Below the pieces are notes generated by a model. That model was given only the letters and a program-made list of their open reading frames with translations, was not told the origin of the DNA and did not search any database. A program made the position numbers and the translations under genes. DNA of 64,000 nucleotides, from the NCBI GenBank assembly GCA_964016885.1, contig OZ024747.1, positions 21,886,001 to 21,950,000 of the forward strand. Reading direction: 5' to 3'. Shown here piece by piece: positions 25,906 through 40,226 of the stretch (the stretch's first letter is position 1; every line of letters begins with the position of its first letter). The DNA comes from Eledone cirrhosa (lineage: Eukaryota).

Positions 25906-26004
25906 TATATTACAGTTCAATTTGCTTGTAAGGACGGTGAAATAGCACTTTGAGAACCTCTGTTTTAAAGGGTCAACCATTAGAATGTGGGAGGTATTTT
26001 TGCC

Positions 26005-26315
26005 TCTGTATATTTCAATTTAATGAGGGATAAGTTGTGTTGTGTAGGAGAGAAGACTGAGATGGTATGGACATGTGATGCGCATGGAGGATGACCGCTG
26101 GGCAAAGAAGTGCCAAGAAATCCCAGTAGAAGGAAGACGCAGTAGAGGAAGACCACGAAAACCATGGGCGGAGGGTGTGAGAGTAGACCTCAGATCGCTG
26201 AAGCTCACGGAGGAGATGACGAAGGACCGTGACAAGTGGAGAGATGCTGTGCTGAATAGGGCCCTTCCCACCCTTGCAATCAGGGAAAAGCAGACGTAAA
26301 ATGATGATGATGATG
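26005..26315 (+). mobile_element. RTE LINE 3' fragment
   Basis: [16 protein letters not shown]...RGRPRKPW; ends GACGTAAAA(TGA)n. Confidence 0.88.
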
Positions 26316-26569
26316 ACTAAAAGCAGTAAATGTAAGAAGTAATATGTAAACCTGAAATTTACGTTGGATCAAATATTTAAAGTTGTGAAGTAGTTTACGG
26401 TTTCTCTAAATATATTAATTAACGTTACAAACATTTAACTGAAGTTTACCTCAAGTTGGTCAGGGAGAATAAATTGACGACGACCATCGCTGAAATTTCA
26501 AATATTTCCTTTTTATTTTAACGTTTTAATCTCGGTTAATGAATTATAACTATTTGTTTAATTATCATA

Positions 26570-26632
<63 letters not shown>

Positions 26633-27153
26633 GGTGGTGGGTGGAGGATAGAGAAATACCAGACATATACATATACACAGATACATAAACACAGGTCGAG
26701 GTACATACACACCAACACACCAAACACCTCCTCAATTACATATACATACTAATATACATATAGATGCATACATATATTCATACATGCGTACGCACATACA
26801 TACACGCGCACATAAGAGAGAGAGAGAAAGGGAGAGAGAGAGAGAGAGAGGGGGGGGAGGGATAGAGAAATACCAGACATACATACACAGGCACATACAC
26901 ACAGGTACACACACACATACATACAAACATACAAACGCCTCCCCAAACACACATACATTTACATATATACAAACATGTATACGAACATACATACATATAC
27001 ATGCACACATATACACACGTATCAACACAATACGCATAATAATTTGGTTACAATGACTCTAGGTATACATATATAAATATATTAACCACCAACACCGCCT
27101 TCACCACCACCGCCACCACCACCACCACCACCATCAACACCATCGCCATCGCC

Positions 27154-27186
<33 letters not shown>

Positions 27187-27369
27187 TGCCAAATGTAAAC
27201 GTATATTTTATTCATTAAACTATATTAAAGATGGTCTGAAGCTGAACAAATCTGAATTGGTCATTTGTCTCGTTGGTGACCCTTCTCACTAATGTGACCC
27301 TTCCTGGGAAATTAGGGAAATTATTCAAGATTCCTAAATACCTAAATGTCCACCTTCTGTTTCACCTCC

Positions 27370-27535
27370 ACATACACGCTCTCATACACACGCAGACACA
27401 CACACACGCATGCACATACACACATACACAAACACATACACACACACACGCACATACACACATACACATATACACACATACACACAGACAAACACACACA
27501 CACACACACACACGCACACACACACACACACAAAC

Positions 27536-27575
<40 letters not shown>

Positions 27576-27838
27576 ATGCACACACACAAACAGACACACA
27601 TACATACACACAGACAAACACATACACACACACGCACACACGCACACACGCACATATACACACATACACACAGACAAACACACACACACACACGCACACA
27701 CAAACACACATACATACACACACACAAAACACACACACATACAGACACACATACACTTGCACACACACACACAAACACACATGCACACACACAGACACAC
27801 ATACATACACACACTCTCATACGCTTGCACACACACAA
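27370..27838. repeat. Degenerate (CA)n microsatellite
   Basis: Direct inspection. Confidence 0.95.
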
Positions 27839-28254
27839 TAACTTGAATTGTGTTGTTGTTGTTGTTGTTTAGCCCCAAGCCAGATCTGTCCGAGCAGACA
27901 TATGATCAAATATATTCCAACCATGACCATCCTCCGTTTTTTAAAGACATCATGTATTTATAAGAAGCATATTTTCTAATTTGTTCTTTTTTCTTTTTGT
28001 ATAAGACAGTGGAGTATGATTAGACTACCATTTCTTGTATATCAAGCTACCTCATAGAGACCTTCATCAGGATAATACTGTGTCACTCCACCTCGGCTCT
28101 TCTATAATGTCTAATACAATGACCCACAGCGCAGCTATTTAGTGGTCTATAGCGAGTTTCCTAACACTAAGGAAGTTACTATTTATTTTCCTCTACATAA
28201 TACAATATAAAATCTCAATAAATTAAAAGTAATCACCACTTCTAGAGTAAAAAA

Positions 28255-28425
28255 TAATTGTTTCTACTTTTGGCACAAGATCAGCAATTATCCCAGTGCA
28301 TTACTGGTACTTTATTTTATCGACCCCGTAAGGATGAAAGGCAAAGTTAACTTCGGCGGGATTTGAACTCAGACCGTAAAGGGATGCAATTCTATGCTGG
28401 AAAGCATGGCGTCCGACCCTTTACC
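28255..28425 (-). mobile_element. Meta-domain tRNA SINE
   Basis: Reverse complement of the 20140 family. Confidence 0.8.
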
Positions 28426-28599
28426 AGGGATTTCCTGTTCCGACTTAATTTCCTTCAACTGTCTTTTGACAATGGGAATTTTGTTCCGAAATATTAAGGC
28501 GTAATTAAATATTTCCAAGGTAACATTCTAACAAGTTATTTTATTGCTGTTGTTTTGAAAATACATTTGATATTAGCGAGAAAAATTCCAAATGTTACG

Positions 28600-28870
28600 A
28601 TTGTTAGAGTGGTTAGGGTGCTGGGTTCACGATCGTATGGTTGCGAGTTCGATTCCCGGCGGTGTGTTGAGTACCTAACCAAGACACTTTATTTCAGTCA
28701 ACTCAGCTGACAAAAAAGGGTTATATCTGTAATTCAAATGGCTGGCCTTGTCACATATTATGTCACACTGAATCTCCCTGAGAACTACGTTGAGTGTTTA
28801 CATATTTGTGGAATGTTCAGTCACTTACACGTTAATTACAACCGAAAAACTCGTCGTCGGAACCGAACTG
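28600..28870 (+). mobile_element. CORE-type tRNA SINE
   Basis: GTGGTTAGGGTG...GAGTTCGATTCCC...CAAGACACTTT...CTGAATCTCCCTGAGAACTAC. Confidence 0.75.
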
Positions 28871-29953
28871 AGCGTTCATACGAGATTCTCGACGAGAGAG
28901 CTCACCATATAGACACATATATATAAGAAACATGCGCGTACGAAGGTGTGTGTATGTATGTGTGTACGTGAGAGAGAGAGAGAGAGAGAGAGAGAGCGTG
29001 TGTGTGTGTGTGAGAGCGCGTGAGTGTAGGAGAGAGATTGAAAAGAGAGGGAGACAGAGGAAGAGAGATAGGGGGATTGAGAGAGAAAGTGAGAGAGAAA
29101 TAGAAATGAGAAAGGGAAATTGAGAGATAGATTGAGAGATTCATTAAGAAAGAAATAGAGAGATTGAGAAGGAGATAGAGAGGGAGATTGAGAGAGAAAG
29201 AAATTAAGAGAGAAAGAGAGAGAGATTGAGAGGGAGATAGAGATTGAGAGAGAAAGAAATTAAAGAGAGAGAGAGTTTGAGAGAAGAGAGTGTGAGTGTG
29301 ATAGAGAGAGAGAGAGTTTGAGAGAAGAGAGTGTGAGTGTGATAGAGAGAGAAAGAGAGAGAGAGATATGAGATGAGATGAGATGTGAGAAGAGAGATAA
29401 AAGAAAATGAGAAAGATGAGTCTGAAATGAAGATGTGAGTCGTTGGCAGACTGGAGAGAGAGGAGAGGGGGTCGTCTGGGGGAGATAACCAGCAAAATAC
29501 TTATCTGATTTGGTAAGGAAGGTTCTGGTACGTCAGCGAAGACGTGGAGATGTTTGTGTGAATGTGTGTGTATGTATGTGTGTGTATATGTGTATGTTTG
29601 TGTATATGTGTATGTGTGTATATGTGTATGTGTGTATGTGTGTATATGTGTATGTGTATGTGTATGTGTGTGTGTGTATGTGTGTGTGTATGTGTGTGTG
29701 TGTGTGTGTGCGTGTGGTGTACAGATAGTCAAAATCTGATGGCGTTGTAGTAATAGCAGTAGTAGTAGTGGTGATATTATTATTAGTGCTGCAGAGGGGG
29801 GTAGTAGTAGTAGTAGTAGTAGTAGTAGGTAGTTTAGCCCTGAGCCAAACCTAGTCAAGCAGAACTATAATCAAAGAAAGTTATTCCAGTCATGACCCCC
29901 CTGTTTGTTTTTAAGATATAGTGTTTTCAAGACGGCATTATATCTTTAAGACG

Positions 29954-30136
29954 GTGGATACCTTTAGGGCGGTGGAGGGTCGGACGCCATGCTTTGACGC
30001 AGAGAGTTACGGCCCTTGCCATTCTGAGTTCAAATCGCGCCAAGGTTAACTTTGACTTTCATCCTTACGGGGTCGATAAAATAAAGTACCAGTAATGCAC
30101 TGGGTAATTGCTGGCCTTGTGCCTAAAGTAGAAACA
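29954..30136 (+). mobile_element. Meta-domain SINE with TSD
   Basis: ATTATATCTTTAAGACGG on both sides (29937 and 30137). Confidence 0.85.
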
Positions 30137-30239
30137 ATTATATCTTTAAGACGGTTAGGGTGTGACTGGAAAAGAGAAAAAGAAAGAGAAAACGACTGTA
30201 TTGGATGTGTTGTCTGGTTTACAGTATGAGGTGGAACTG

Positions 30240-30280
<41 letters not shown>

Positions 30281-30755
30281 ACAGACACAAAAAGCAATCA
30301 TAAAACTCCCTTATTAGGCTGGGGGAGTAAACTGCCGATTAAATGGTAGCATTGGCCTTGGATTTTAAATGTCACTATGATCTTTTTCAGCCCCAAAGGA
30401 CGTCATCTGAAACACAGCAATATACCGCCTAACATTGCTTCTGAAGTGTTTAGCTTCGATAGTACTGTCTGTAAGTAATATATGGAGGGTAGATTAATTT
30501 CAAATAGTATCAATTTTTCTTTGTTCTGCAAAATCAAAGACTGTAAAACGACTTTATAGAAGCTAACGCAATATTGTTAAACCTTCCTATAGATCAAAGG
30601 ATCTATAGTTTAAGCCGATTCTAGACTTTTGTAGGACGTTACTCTCTCTCTCTGAATATCTAACCCTTTAATTGTATCTCTCTGTATACGGCCTATCGCT
30701 CTCTTTCTGCCTCTCCCTCTGTCTCTCTCGCTCTCTTTAGATGTATGTGTATGTA

Positions 30756-30794
<39 letters not shown>

Positions 30795-31253
30795 GTGTGC
30801 GTGTGCGCGCGCGTGTATTTTCGCGTGATTCAACCAACCAACCAACCAACCAACCAACCAACCAGCCAACCAATAAACATCTCTCTTTTATATTATATAT
30901 AGATATAGATATTATTGAATAGAATAAATTGGGTACCATACCAGTTTCTTACCAAATGCGAAGAAGCTCGATATATTAACCCTTTAGAAAAGGGTACAGA
31001 GCATATTTAAAAAAAAATTATATATATACAGTGGCGGTGGAACAGGGGGGGGGGGGGCTCCAATAATTATATTTTCTCCCCAAACCACCAAACCACATCT
31101 ATTTGGATATGCAGTACAATTTATGTACATGTTATGTTTATCGTATATCGAAGTTTTCTGACCATTTTAGAGTGCAAAGAGCTAAACTAATCACAACAAT
31201 TATATTGTCCAAATTTGAGCTCCTCTCCCAATTCAGAAATGCTTTTACCGCTC

Positions 31254-31320
<67 letters not shown>

Positions 31321-31453
31321 GAGAGATGTAAAATAAGAAAATTATAAAATTAACTTACTTACTAAAATATCACTTCCAACTAATTAGTTTCTGGAATGGA
31401 ATAAATATATTTTCCGAAGAAGATACAGAGAATCATTCCGTCGTCAGGGAAGT

Positions 31454-31492
<39 letters not shown>

Positions 31493-31534
31493 ACGATTGC
31501 GAATACAATTCTCTAACCACTCAGCCACACGCCT

Positions 31535-31872
<338 letters not shown>

Positions 31873-32030
31873 AAATTGTTATACTTTGGGAGGGTCATGT
31901 TGCCAATAAGAAACACACGCACTATTGGTAGTGTGTTTCTTATTGGCAACATGACTCTCCCAAAGTATAACAATATCGGTTTCAACACACGTTTTCAGAT
32001 AAAGAATCTTGCTAAACAAATTCAGAAACG

Positions 32031-32073
<43 letters not shown>

Positions 32074-32338
32074 ATATTAACAAATGGAAACTATATTTAT
32101 AAAACCATATTTATTTTATTATACATATTTCAAGGGCCACCACAGCAAAATATGGTGCGCTTTCATCAGATAAAATATAATATAGGTTAGTTATATATTA
32201 TACTACACTATATTATATAATGTAATATTATATCATATAAGAGAATGGCTAAAATTTGTGATAAGAGAAGTGGAGAAAATGACTGTATGTGTATATGTCT
32301 GATTATATTTACACACATACATACACACATATACATAT

Positions 32339-32411
<73 letters not shown>

Positions 32412-32417
32412 TGTATG

Positions 32418-32457
<40 letters not shown>

Positions 32458-32540
32458 GTTTCGACAGCTAGATCCGATCTAGCTGTCGAAACGGCCGGAG
32501 CTCAGCCGTCGGGGTCCTGACTCTTTTCCTATATATATAT

Positions 32541-33050
32541 ATTAGCCGAATTACCCGCGCCTTGCTGCGTTTCACACATAAAAAAAGTAGAGGTATTAAC
32601 TAATAATTTTTGTTGTCATAATTCTAGTGATGTTTTGCCATAGATAAAATGTCTAAATTAGCCAAATTTTACTAAAAAGAGCTTTACATTTTTTTGTTGA
32701 TTTACGTTTAATTAATAGAAAAAACCTGTGATAATAGAGGTTCAAATACTCAAGTTATGGGCTCCAATATTTTCACTATTGGGGGTTTAACTTCCATTTG
32801 GGTGTCTTAATATTATTGAAATTTTGTGAATAGGCAGTATATCTTGTCGTTTACCAATGGTTGAAATTTCATATAAATCGAAGGGAAAAATTTTCAGCGG
32901 GGGTTTGTGCCCCGGGGAAACCCTTTGATTAAAATGAAATACTTATCCAAGTACCCTGGGTAATGTAGTTTCAGAATATATATGGTTATGGGGGTCTATC
33001 TCCAAAACCATAGGAGGAGTTCGTGAACAAACAAACAGACAGGAACTACA

Positions 33051-33058
<8 letters not shown>
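32541..33058 (-). mobile_element. Non-autonomous Helitron-like element
   Basis: Minus-strand 3' end has a GC-rich hairpin-like CGCAGCAAGGCGCGGG then CTAA (CTAG-like); the other end has AAATTTCAT..AATCG and (ACAA/ACAG)n before CTTTATA. Confidence 0.55.
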
Positions 33059-33120
<62 letters not shown>

Positions 33121-33167
33121 TATATATATTACATATTATATATATAATGTATATATATATATATATA

Positions 33168-33610
33168 TATAAGATCAAAAGATGGTTAAAAGAGTTTCAT
33201 GTATTTTATTATGCGCATTTCAAAAACAAATATCATCATGCAATAACATTTGTGTTTTCATCAGATAAAATAGGAAGACATGATATGAAGGTTAAAAAAC
33301 ACTTGTGGATAGTTCAGTTTTAAATCAACATATCAACATATCAACATATCAACATATGTTGATTTAAAATTGCACTATTCACAAGTGTTTTTTAACCTTC
33401 ATATCATGTCTTCCTATTTATCTGATGAAAACACAAATGTTATTGCATGATGATATTTGTTTTTGAAATGCGCATAATAAAATACATGGAACTCTTTTAA
33501 CCATCTTTTGATCTTATATATTATGTATACTCCAGTCCTACAAACTGTAGAGTGCTTCTTATCCGATATCTGCATTGCTTTATTGTACTACAAAAAAACT
33601 CACCTCCTAC
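33168..33610 (+). mobile_element. Fold-back hammerhead element, family D
   Basis: About 350-bp palindrome 33168-33518 with a (TCAACATA)n apex; tail with TACTCC...GTAGAGTGCTT; (TA)n flanks. Confidence 0.82.
33415..33484 (+). ncRNA. Type I hammerhead (mirror copy on minus strand, 33202-33272)
   Basis: TATTT(T)AT-CTGATGA-AAACACAAATGTTAT..ATGATATTTGTTTTT-GAAA-TGCGCA-TA-ATAAAATA. Confidence 0.82.
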
Positions 33611-33619
33611 ATATATATA

Positions 33620-33650
<31 letters not shown>

Positions 33651-33689
33651 AGTATATATATTATATATATATATATATAATCAACATGC

Positions 33690-33722
<33 letters not shown>

Positions 33723-34007
33723 TACATATGTATATGTGTGTATGTGTGTATGTGTGTGTGTAAATATAATCAGACATACACACATACAGTCATTTTCTCC
33801 ACTTCTCTTCTCTCTTATCACAAATTTTAGCCATTCTCTTATATGATATAATATTACATTATATAATATAATGTAGTCGAAACGGCCGGAGCTCAGCCGT
33901 CGGGGTCCTGACTCTTTTCCTATTACCTCTTCTACTACCCAATGTATCGAGTACTCTGGTGCGTAATGGTCCACCTGGTATCTTACCACACCTTTGTTAT
34001 ATATATA

Positions 34008-34672
34008 TATGAATAAAAATAGACCGAGGAACGGGACTGTCCATCATCAGTAGTCTGCTGATTATCATTGGTATTACTTCGCATTACAGACTAGATACCT
34101 CAAATCACTGCGAGCGATAACTAAATTAAGTTATCGGGACAGAGCGAATTGGAAGGGGAAAGTAAACAAACAACATGGTAGTAATGCAACGTAAAGCGAG
34201 GAAAAGAGAGACAAGTCAATGAATCTTGTGGACTTAAGTCCGAACAAATCAATCGACGAAACACACTCTCTCGGCTGGCCCCTTCCTCACACTTTCACTA
34301 ACTCACTCTCTGCTACTTCCCCTCTCTCACTTCCTCCCGTCTGACTTGTGTGAAATCCGTTTCTCTCTCACTTTTCGCATGGCTCGATTGATTTGTTCGG
34401 ACTTAAGTCCACAAGATTCATTGACCTCTCTCTCTTTCCTCGCTTTACGTTGCATTACTACTATGTCGTTCGTTTACTTTCCCCTTCCAATTCGCTCTGT
34501 CCCGATAACTTAATTTAGTTATCGCTCCCAGTGATTTGAGGTATCTGGTCTTTAATGAGAAGAAATACCAATGATAATCAGCAGACTACTGATGATGGAT
34601 AGTCCCGTTTCTCGGTCTATTTTTATTCATATGTATCACACTCGCAACAACGCAGCACGCCATTTTTTCATT
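34008..34672 (+). mobile_element. Fold-back element related to family C
   Basis: Arms about 34008-34257 and 34384-34632 are inverted; short tail; microsatellite flanks. Confidence 0.75.
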
Positions 34673-34697
34673 CACACACACACACAAACGCACACAC

Positions 34698-34742
<45 letters not shown>

Positions 34743-34811
34743 CATACCTATATTCATATGCATATACACATACACACGCACACACATATACACACCACGC
34801 ACACACGCACG

Positions 34812-34863
<52 letters not shown>

Positions 34864-35142
34864 CGTGTGTGCGCGCATGTGTGTATGTGTGTGTGTGTGT
34901 GTGTGTGATATGTATATGAATATAGGTATGTGTGCATTGGAGAAGAGTATAATGGAGAATTGTGTGTGTGTGGGGGGGGGGGGGGAGGATGTCAGATCGG
35001 AAAGGGTTTTATTTATTTGTAATTGAGTTTATAGAAGGGAATAAAGGAGAAAGAAAGGTAAGAGAGTGAGAGAGGAGAGAATAGAAGGGGAGAAAGAGTC
35101 ATAGAGAGAAAAATATGAAAACGTAACATGTCGAAGGTATTA

Positions 35143-38100
35143 GAGGTGTTGGGGTAGTGTCGGCAGGGAGGGCGGGGGAAGACCGCTCCCCAAAGGTGTT
35201 GGGGGTAGTGTCGGCAGGGAGGGTGGGGGAAGACCCCTCCCCAAGAGGTGTTGGGGTAGTGTCGGCAGGGGAGGGCGGGGGAAGACCCCTCCCCAAAGGT
35301 GTTGGGGTAGTGTCGGCAGGGGAGGGTGGGGGAAGACCCCCTCCCCAAGAGGTTGTTGGTGGGTAGTGTCGGCAGGGAGGGTGGGGGAAGACCCCTCCCC
35401 AAGAGGTGTTGGGGTAGTGTCGGCAGGGAGGGTGGGGGAAGACCCCTCCCCAAGAGGTGTTGGGGTAGTGTCGGCAGGGAGGGTGGGGGAAGACCCCTCC
35501 CCAAGAGGTGTTGGGGTAGTGTCGGCAGGAAAGGCGGGGGAAGACCGCTCCCCAAGAGGTGTTGGGGTAGTGTCGGCAGGAAGGCGGGGGAAGACCCCTC
35601 CCCAAGAGGTGTTGGGGTAGTGTCGGCAGGAAGGGCGGGGAAGACCCCTCCCAAGAGGTGTTGGGGGTAGTGTCGGCAGGAAGGGCGGGGGAAGACCCCT
35701 CCCCAAGAGGTGTTGGGGTAGTGTCGGCAGGAAAGGCGGGGGAAGACCCCTCCCAAGAGGTGTTGGGGTAGTGTCGGCAGGAAGGGCGGGGGAAGACCGC
35801 TCCCCAAGAGGTGTTGGGGTAGTGTCGGCAGGAAGGGCGGGGGAAGACCCCTCCCCAAGAGGTGTTGGGGTAGTGTCGGCAGGAAGGGTGGGGAAGACCC
35901 CTCCCCAAGAGGTGTTGGGGTAGTGTCGGCAGGGAGGGCGGGGGAAGACCCCTCCCCAAAGGTGTTGGGGTAGTGTCGGCAGGGAGGGCGGGGGAAGACC
36001 CCTCCCCAAAGGTGTTGGGGTAGTGTCGGCAGGGAGGGCGGGGGAAGACCCCTCCCCCAAAGGTGTTGGGGTAGTGTCGGCAGGGAGGGCGGGGGAAGAC
36101 CCCTCCCCAAAGGTGTTGGGGTAGTGTCGGCAGGGAGGGCGGGGGAAGACCCCTCCCCAAAGGTGTTGGGGGTAGTGTCGGCAGGGAGGGCGGGGAAGAC
36201 CCCTCCCCAAAGGTGTTGGGGTAGTGTCGGCAGGAAGGGTGGGGGAAGACCCCTCCCCAAGAGGTGTTGGGGTAGTGTCGGCAGGGAGGGCGGGGGAAGA
36301 CCCCTCCCCAAAGGTGTTGGGTAGTGTCGGCAGGGAGGGCGGGGGAAGACCCCTCCCAAAGGTGTTGGGTAGTGTCGGCAGGGAGGGCGGGGGAAGACCC
36401 CTCCCCAAAGGTGTTGGGGTAGTGTCGGCAGGAAGGGTGGGGGAAGACCCCTCCCCAAGAGGTGTTGGGGTAGTGTCGGCAGGGAGGGCGGGGGAAGACC
36501 CCTCCCCAAAGGTGTTGGGGTAGTGTCGGCAGGGAGGGCGGGGGAAGACCCCTCCCCAAAGGTGTTGGGGTAGTGTCGGCAGGGAGGGCGGGGGAAGACC
36601 CCTCCCCAAGAGGTGTTGGGGTAGTGTCGGCAGGAAGGGCGGGGGAAGACCCCTCCCCAAGAGGTGTTGGGGTAGTGTCGGCAGGGAGGGCGGGGGAAGA
36701 CCCCTCCCCAAAGGTGTTGGGGTAGTGTCGGCAGGGAGGGCGGGGGAAGACCCCTCCCCAAGAGGTGTTGGGGTAGTGTCGGCAGGAAGGGCGGGGGGAA
36801 GACCCCTCCCCAAGAGGTGTTGGGGTAGTGTCGGCAGGGAGGGCGGGGGAAGACCCCTCCCCAAAGGTGTTGGGGTAGTGTCGGCAGGGAGGGCGGGGGA
36901 AGACCCCTCCCAAGAGGTGTTGGGGTAGTGTCGGCAGGAAGGGCGGGGGAAGACACCTCCCCAAGAGGTGTTGGGGTAGTGTCGGCAGGGAGGGCGGGGG
37001 AAGACCCCTCCCCAAGAGGTGTTGGGGTAGTGTCGGCAGGGAGGGCGGGGGAAGACCCCTCCCCAAGAGGTGTTGGGGTAGTGTCGGCAGGAAGGGGCGG
37101 GGGAAAGACACCTCCCCAAGAGGTGTTGGGGTAGTGTCGGCAGGGAGGGCGGGGGAAGACCCCTCCCCAAGAGGTGTTGGGGTAGTGTCGGCAGGGAGGG
37201 CGGGGGAAGACCCCTCCCCAAGAGGTGTTGGGGTAGTGTCGGCAGGAAGGGCGGGGGAAGACACCTCCCCAAGAGGTGTTGGGGTAGTGTCGGCAGGGAG
37301 GGCGGGGGAAGACCCCTCCCCAAGAGGTGTTGGGGTAGTGTCGGCAGGGAGGGCGGGGGAAGACCCCTCCCCAAGAGGTGTTGGGGTAGTGTCGGCAGGA
37401 AGGGCGGGGAAGACACCTCCCCAAGAGGTGTTGGGGTAGTGTCGGCAGGGAGGGCGGGGAAGACCCCTCCCCAAGAGGTGTTGGGGTAGTGTCGGCAGGG
37501 AGGGGCGGGGGAAGACCCCTCCCCAAGAGGTGTTGGGGTAGTGTCGGCAGGAAGGGCGGGGGAAGACACCTCCCCAAGAGGTGTTGGGGTAGTGTCGGCA
37601 GGAAGGGCGGGGGAAGACACCTCCCCAAGAGGTGTTGGGGTAGTGTCGGCAGGGAGGGCGGGGGAAGACCCCTCCCCAAGAGGTGTTGGGGTAGTGTCGG
37701 CAGGAAGGGCGGGGGAAGACCCCTCCCCAAGAGGTGTTGGGGTAGTGTCGGCAGGGAGGGCGGGGGAAGACCCCTCCCCAAGAGGTGTTGGGGTAGTGTC
37801 GGCAGGAAGGGCGGGGGAAGACCCCTCCCCAAGAGGTGTTGGGGGTAGTGTCGGCAGGGAGGGCGGGGGAAGACCCCTCCCCAAGAGGTGTTGGGGTAGT
37901 GTCGGCAGGAAGGGCGGGGGAAGACCCCTCCCCAAGAGGTGTTGGGGTAGTGTCGGCAGGGAGGGCGGGGAAGACCCCTCCCCAAGAGGTGTTGGGGTAG
38001 TGTCGGCAGGAAGGGCGGGGGAAGACCCCTCCCAAGAGGTGTTGGGGTAGTGTCGGCAGGGAGGGCGGGGGAAGACCCCTCCCCAAGAGGTGTTGGGGTA

Positions 38101-38340
38101 GTGTCGGCAGGAAGGGCGGGGGAAGACCCCTCCCCAAGAGGTGTTGGGGTAGTGTCGGCAGGGAGGGCGGGGGAAGACCCCTCCCCAAGAGGTGTTGGGG
38201 TAGTGTCGGCAGGAAGGGCGGGGGAAGACCCCTCCCCAAGAGGTGTTGGGGTAGTGTCGGCAGGGAGGGCGGGGGAAGACCCCCCCAAGAGGTGTTGGGG
38301 TAGTGTCGGCAGAGAGGGCGGTGGAAGACACCCCCCCCCA
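35143..38340. repeat. 51-bp G-rich minisatellite, about 63 copies
   Basis: Unit GGTGTTGGGGTAGTGTCGGCAGGGAGGGCGGGGGAAGACCCCTCCCCAAGA with 49-52 bp variants. Confidence 0.97.
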
Positions 38341-38451
38341 CTGCAAAATATGTATATATATAAAAAAAAATAATAAAAGATTAAAAAAAACAATCCTCCT
38401 CCTCCACAAAAATATGAAAGATGTAGAGAGAAAGAGATATATGAATGTGTG

Positions 38452-38830
38452 AGAGGATGAGAGGGGGGTGAGGGGGGATGGGGGGGATGAGGGGGGGATG
38501 AGAGGGGATGAGGGGGGATGAGAGGGGATGAGGGGGTGAGAGGGGATGAGGGGGGATGAGGGGGGTTGAGGGGATGAGAGGGGATGAGAGGGGATGAGAG
38601 GGGATGAGGGGGGATGATGGGGGATGAGAGGGGATGATGGGGGTTGAGGGGATGAGAGGATGAGAGGGGATGAGAGGGGATGAGGGGATGAGAGGGGATG
38701 AGAGGATGAGAGGGATGAGGGGATGAGAGGGGATGAGGGGATGAGAGGGGATGAGAGGATGAGAGGGGATGGAGGCAGGAGAGGGGATGAGGGGATGAGA
38801 GGGGATGAGGGGGATGAGAGGGGATGGAGG
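38452..38830. repeat. (GAGGGGAT)n-like purine-rich repeat
   Basis: Direct inspection. Confidence 0.9.
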
Positions 38831-38978
38831 CAGGAGAGGAGAAGAATGAAATATGTTATAACTTCATTTATTATGACACATCCCTTCAATTCAGTGAAAC
38901 CAGATAGTCTACTTATCTACAAGAAAAACAAGTTTGCCTTATAATAGATTCCTGGAGTAGCAGGGAACTTTGAGAATG

Positions 38979-39075
<97 letters not shown>

Positions 39076-39108
39076 CATATATATATATTATATATATATA
39101 CACACAAA

Positions 39109-39208
39109 CAGGGTGTCCCAAAAAATGCATACACACTTTGATTACCTGTACAGTCAATATATAATAGCATGCTGTTAAACTGTGTATACATTTATTCAGG
39201 ACACCCTG
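39109..39208. mobile_element. 100-bp Tc1/mariner-type MITE
   Basis: TIRs CAGGGTGTCC..AAATGCATACAC / GTGTATACATTT..GGACACCCTG, followed by TA. Confidence 0.7.
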
Positions 39209-39390
39209 TATGTATATATATATATACATATATATATTATTATATATATCATAAAACATGTCTACAGAATCACAAGATAATTATGATATATAGCTCTGAT
39301 TATTTAATTTATTAATTTTTCATTGAGCCACAAAGTGACCATTTGCAAAACACGCATATGTATATATATGTATATATATATGTAAACTTT

Positions 39391-39443
<53 letters not shown>

Positions 39444-39506
39444 ATATATATATTATATATTATGAAATACTGTTGGCTTCACGCTCACAATAATTTCTAT
39501 ACTTTC

Positions 39507-39617
<111 letters not shown>

Positions 39618-39746
39618 ACGTAACATGTCGAAGGTGTTAGAGGTGTTGATAAATAAACCTCATTTGCTCACTCCATGAGAGTATCTTGGTCAGCCTATGA
39701 AAAGTTCATAGGCTGACCTAACTTACTAGATCTACCAACTCATAAT

Positions 39747-39779
<33 letters not shown>

Positions 39780-39831
39780 ATGTTTGTTTTTATATATATA
39801 TATATATTATAATGTTTATATATATATATAT

Positions 39832-40192
39832 ACAATATATTAATGAATGGAAACTATATTTATAAAACCATATTTATTTTATTATATATATTTCAAGGGC
39901 AAGCAAGGCAAATTATGGTGCGCTTTCATCAGATAAAATACAGATTTGTTTTTTTCCGGGTATGTCAATATTTCTTTATAAAACAAATCTGTATTTTATC
40001 TGATGAAAGCGCACCATAATTTACCTTGTTTGCCCTTGAAATATATATAATAAAATAAATATGGTTTTATAAATATAGTTTCCATTTATTAATATATTGT
40101 GTATTTACTCCACTAAACTGTTGAGTGCTTTATATCAGTTATAAAAATTTTTTTTTAAGCTTGTTGAATCCCAACAAATTAAATATAACCTC

Positions 40193-40197
<5 letters not shown>
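39832..40197 (+). mobile_element. Fold-back hammerhead element, family E (half copy at 32069-32180)
   Basis: Palindrome 39832-40100 with a short spacer; tail TATTTACTCC...GTTGAGTGCTT; (TA)n flanks. Confidence 0.82.
39992..40057 (+). ncRNA. Type I hammerhead (mirror copy on minus strand, 39875-39940)
   Basis: TATTTTAT-CTGATGA-AAG...CTT-GAAA-TATATA-TA-ATAAAATA. Confidence 0.8.

Positions 40198-40222
<25 letters not shown>

Positions 40223-40226
<4 letters not shown>

Noticed and set aside
35013-38889. Three ORFs over 1000 aa on the minus strand
   Set aside because: Translations of a stop-free 51-bp minisatellite, open in all three frames and with frequent unit-length shifts; not a gene
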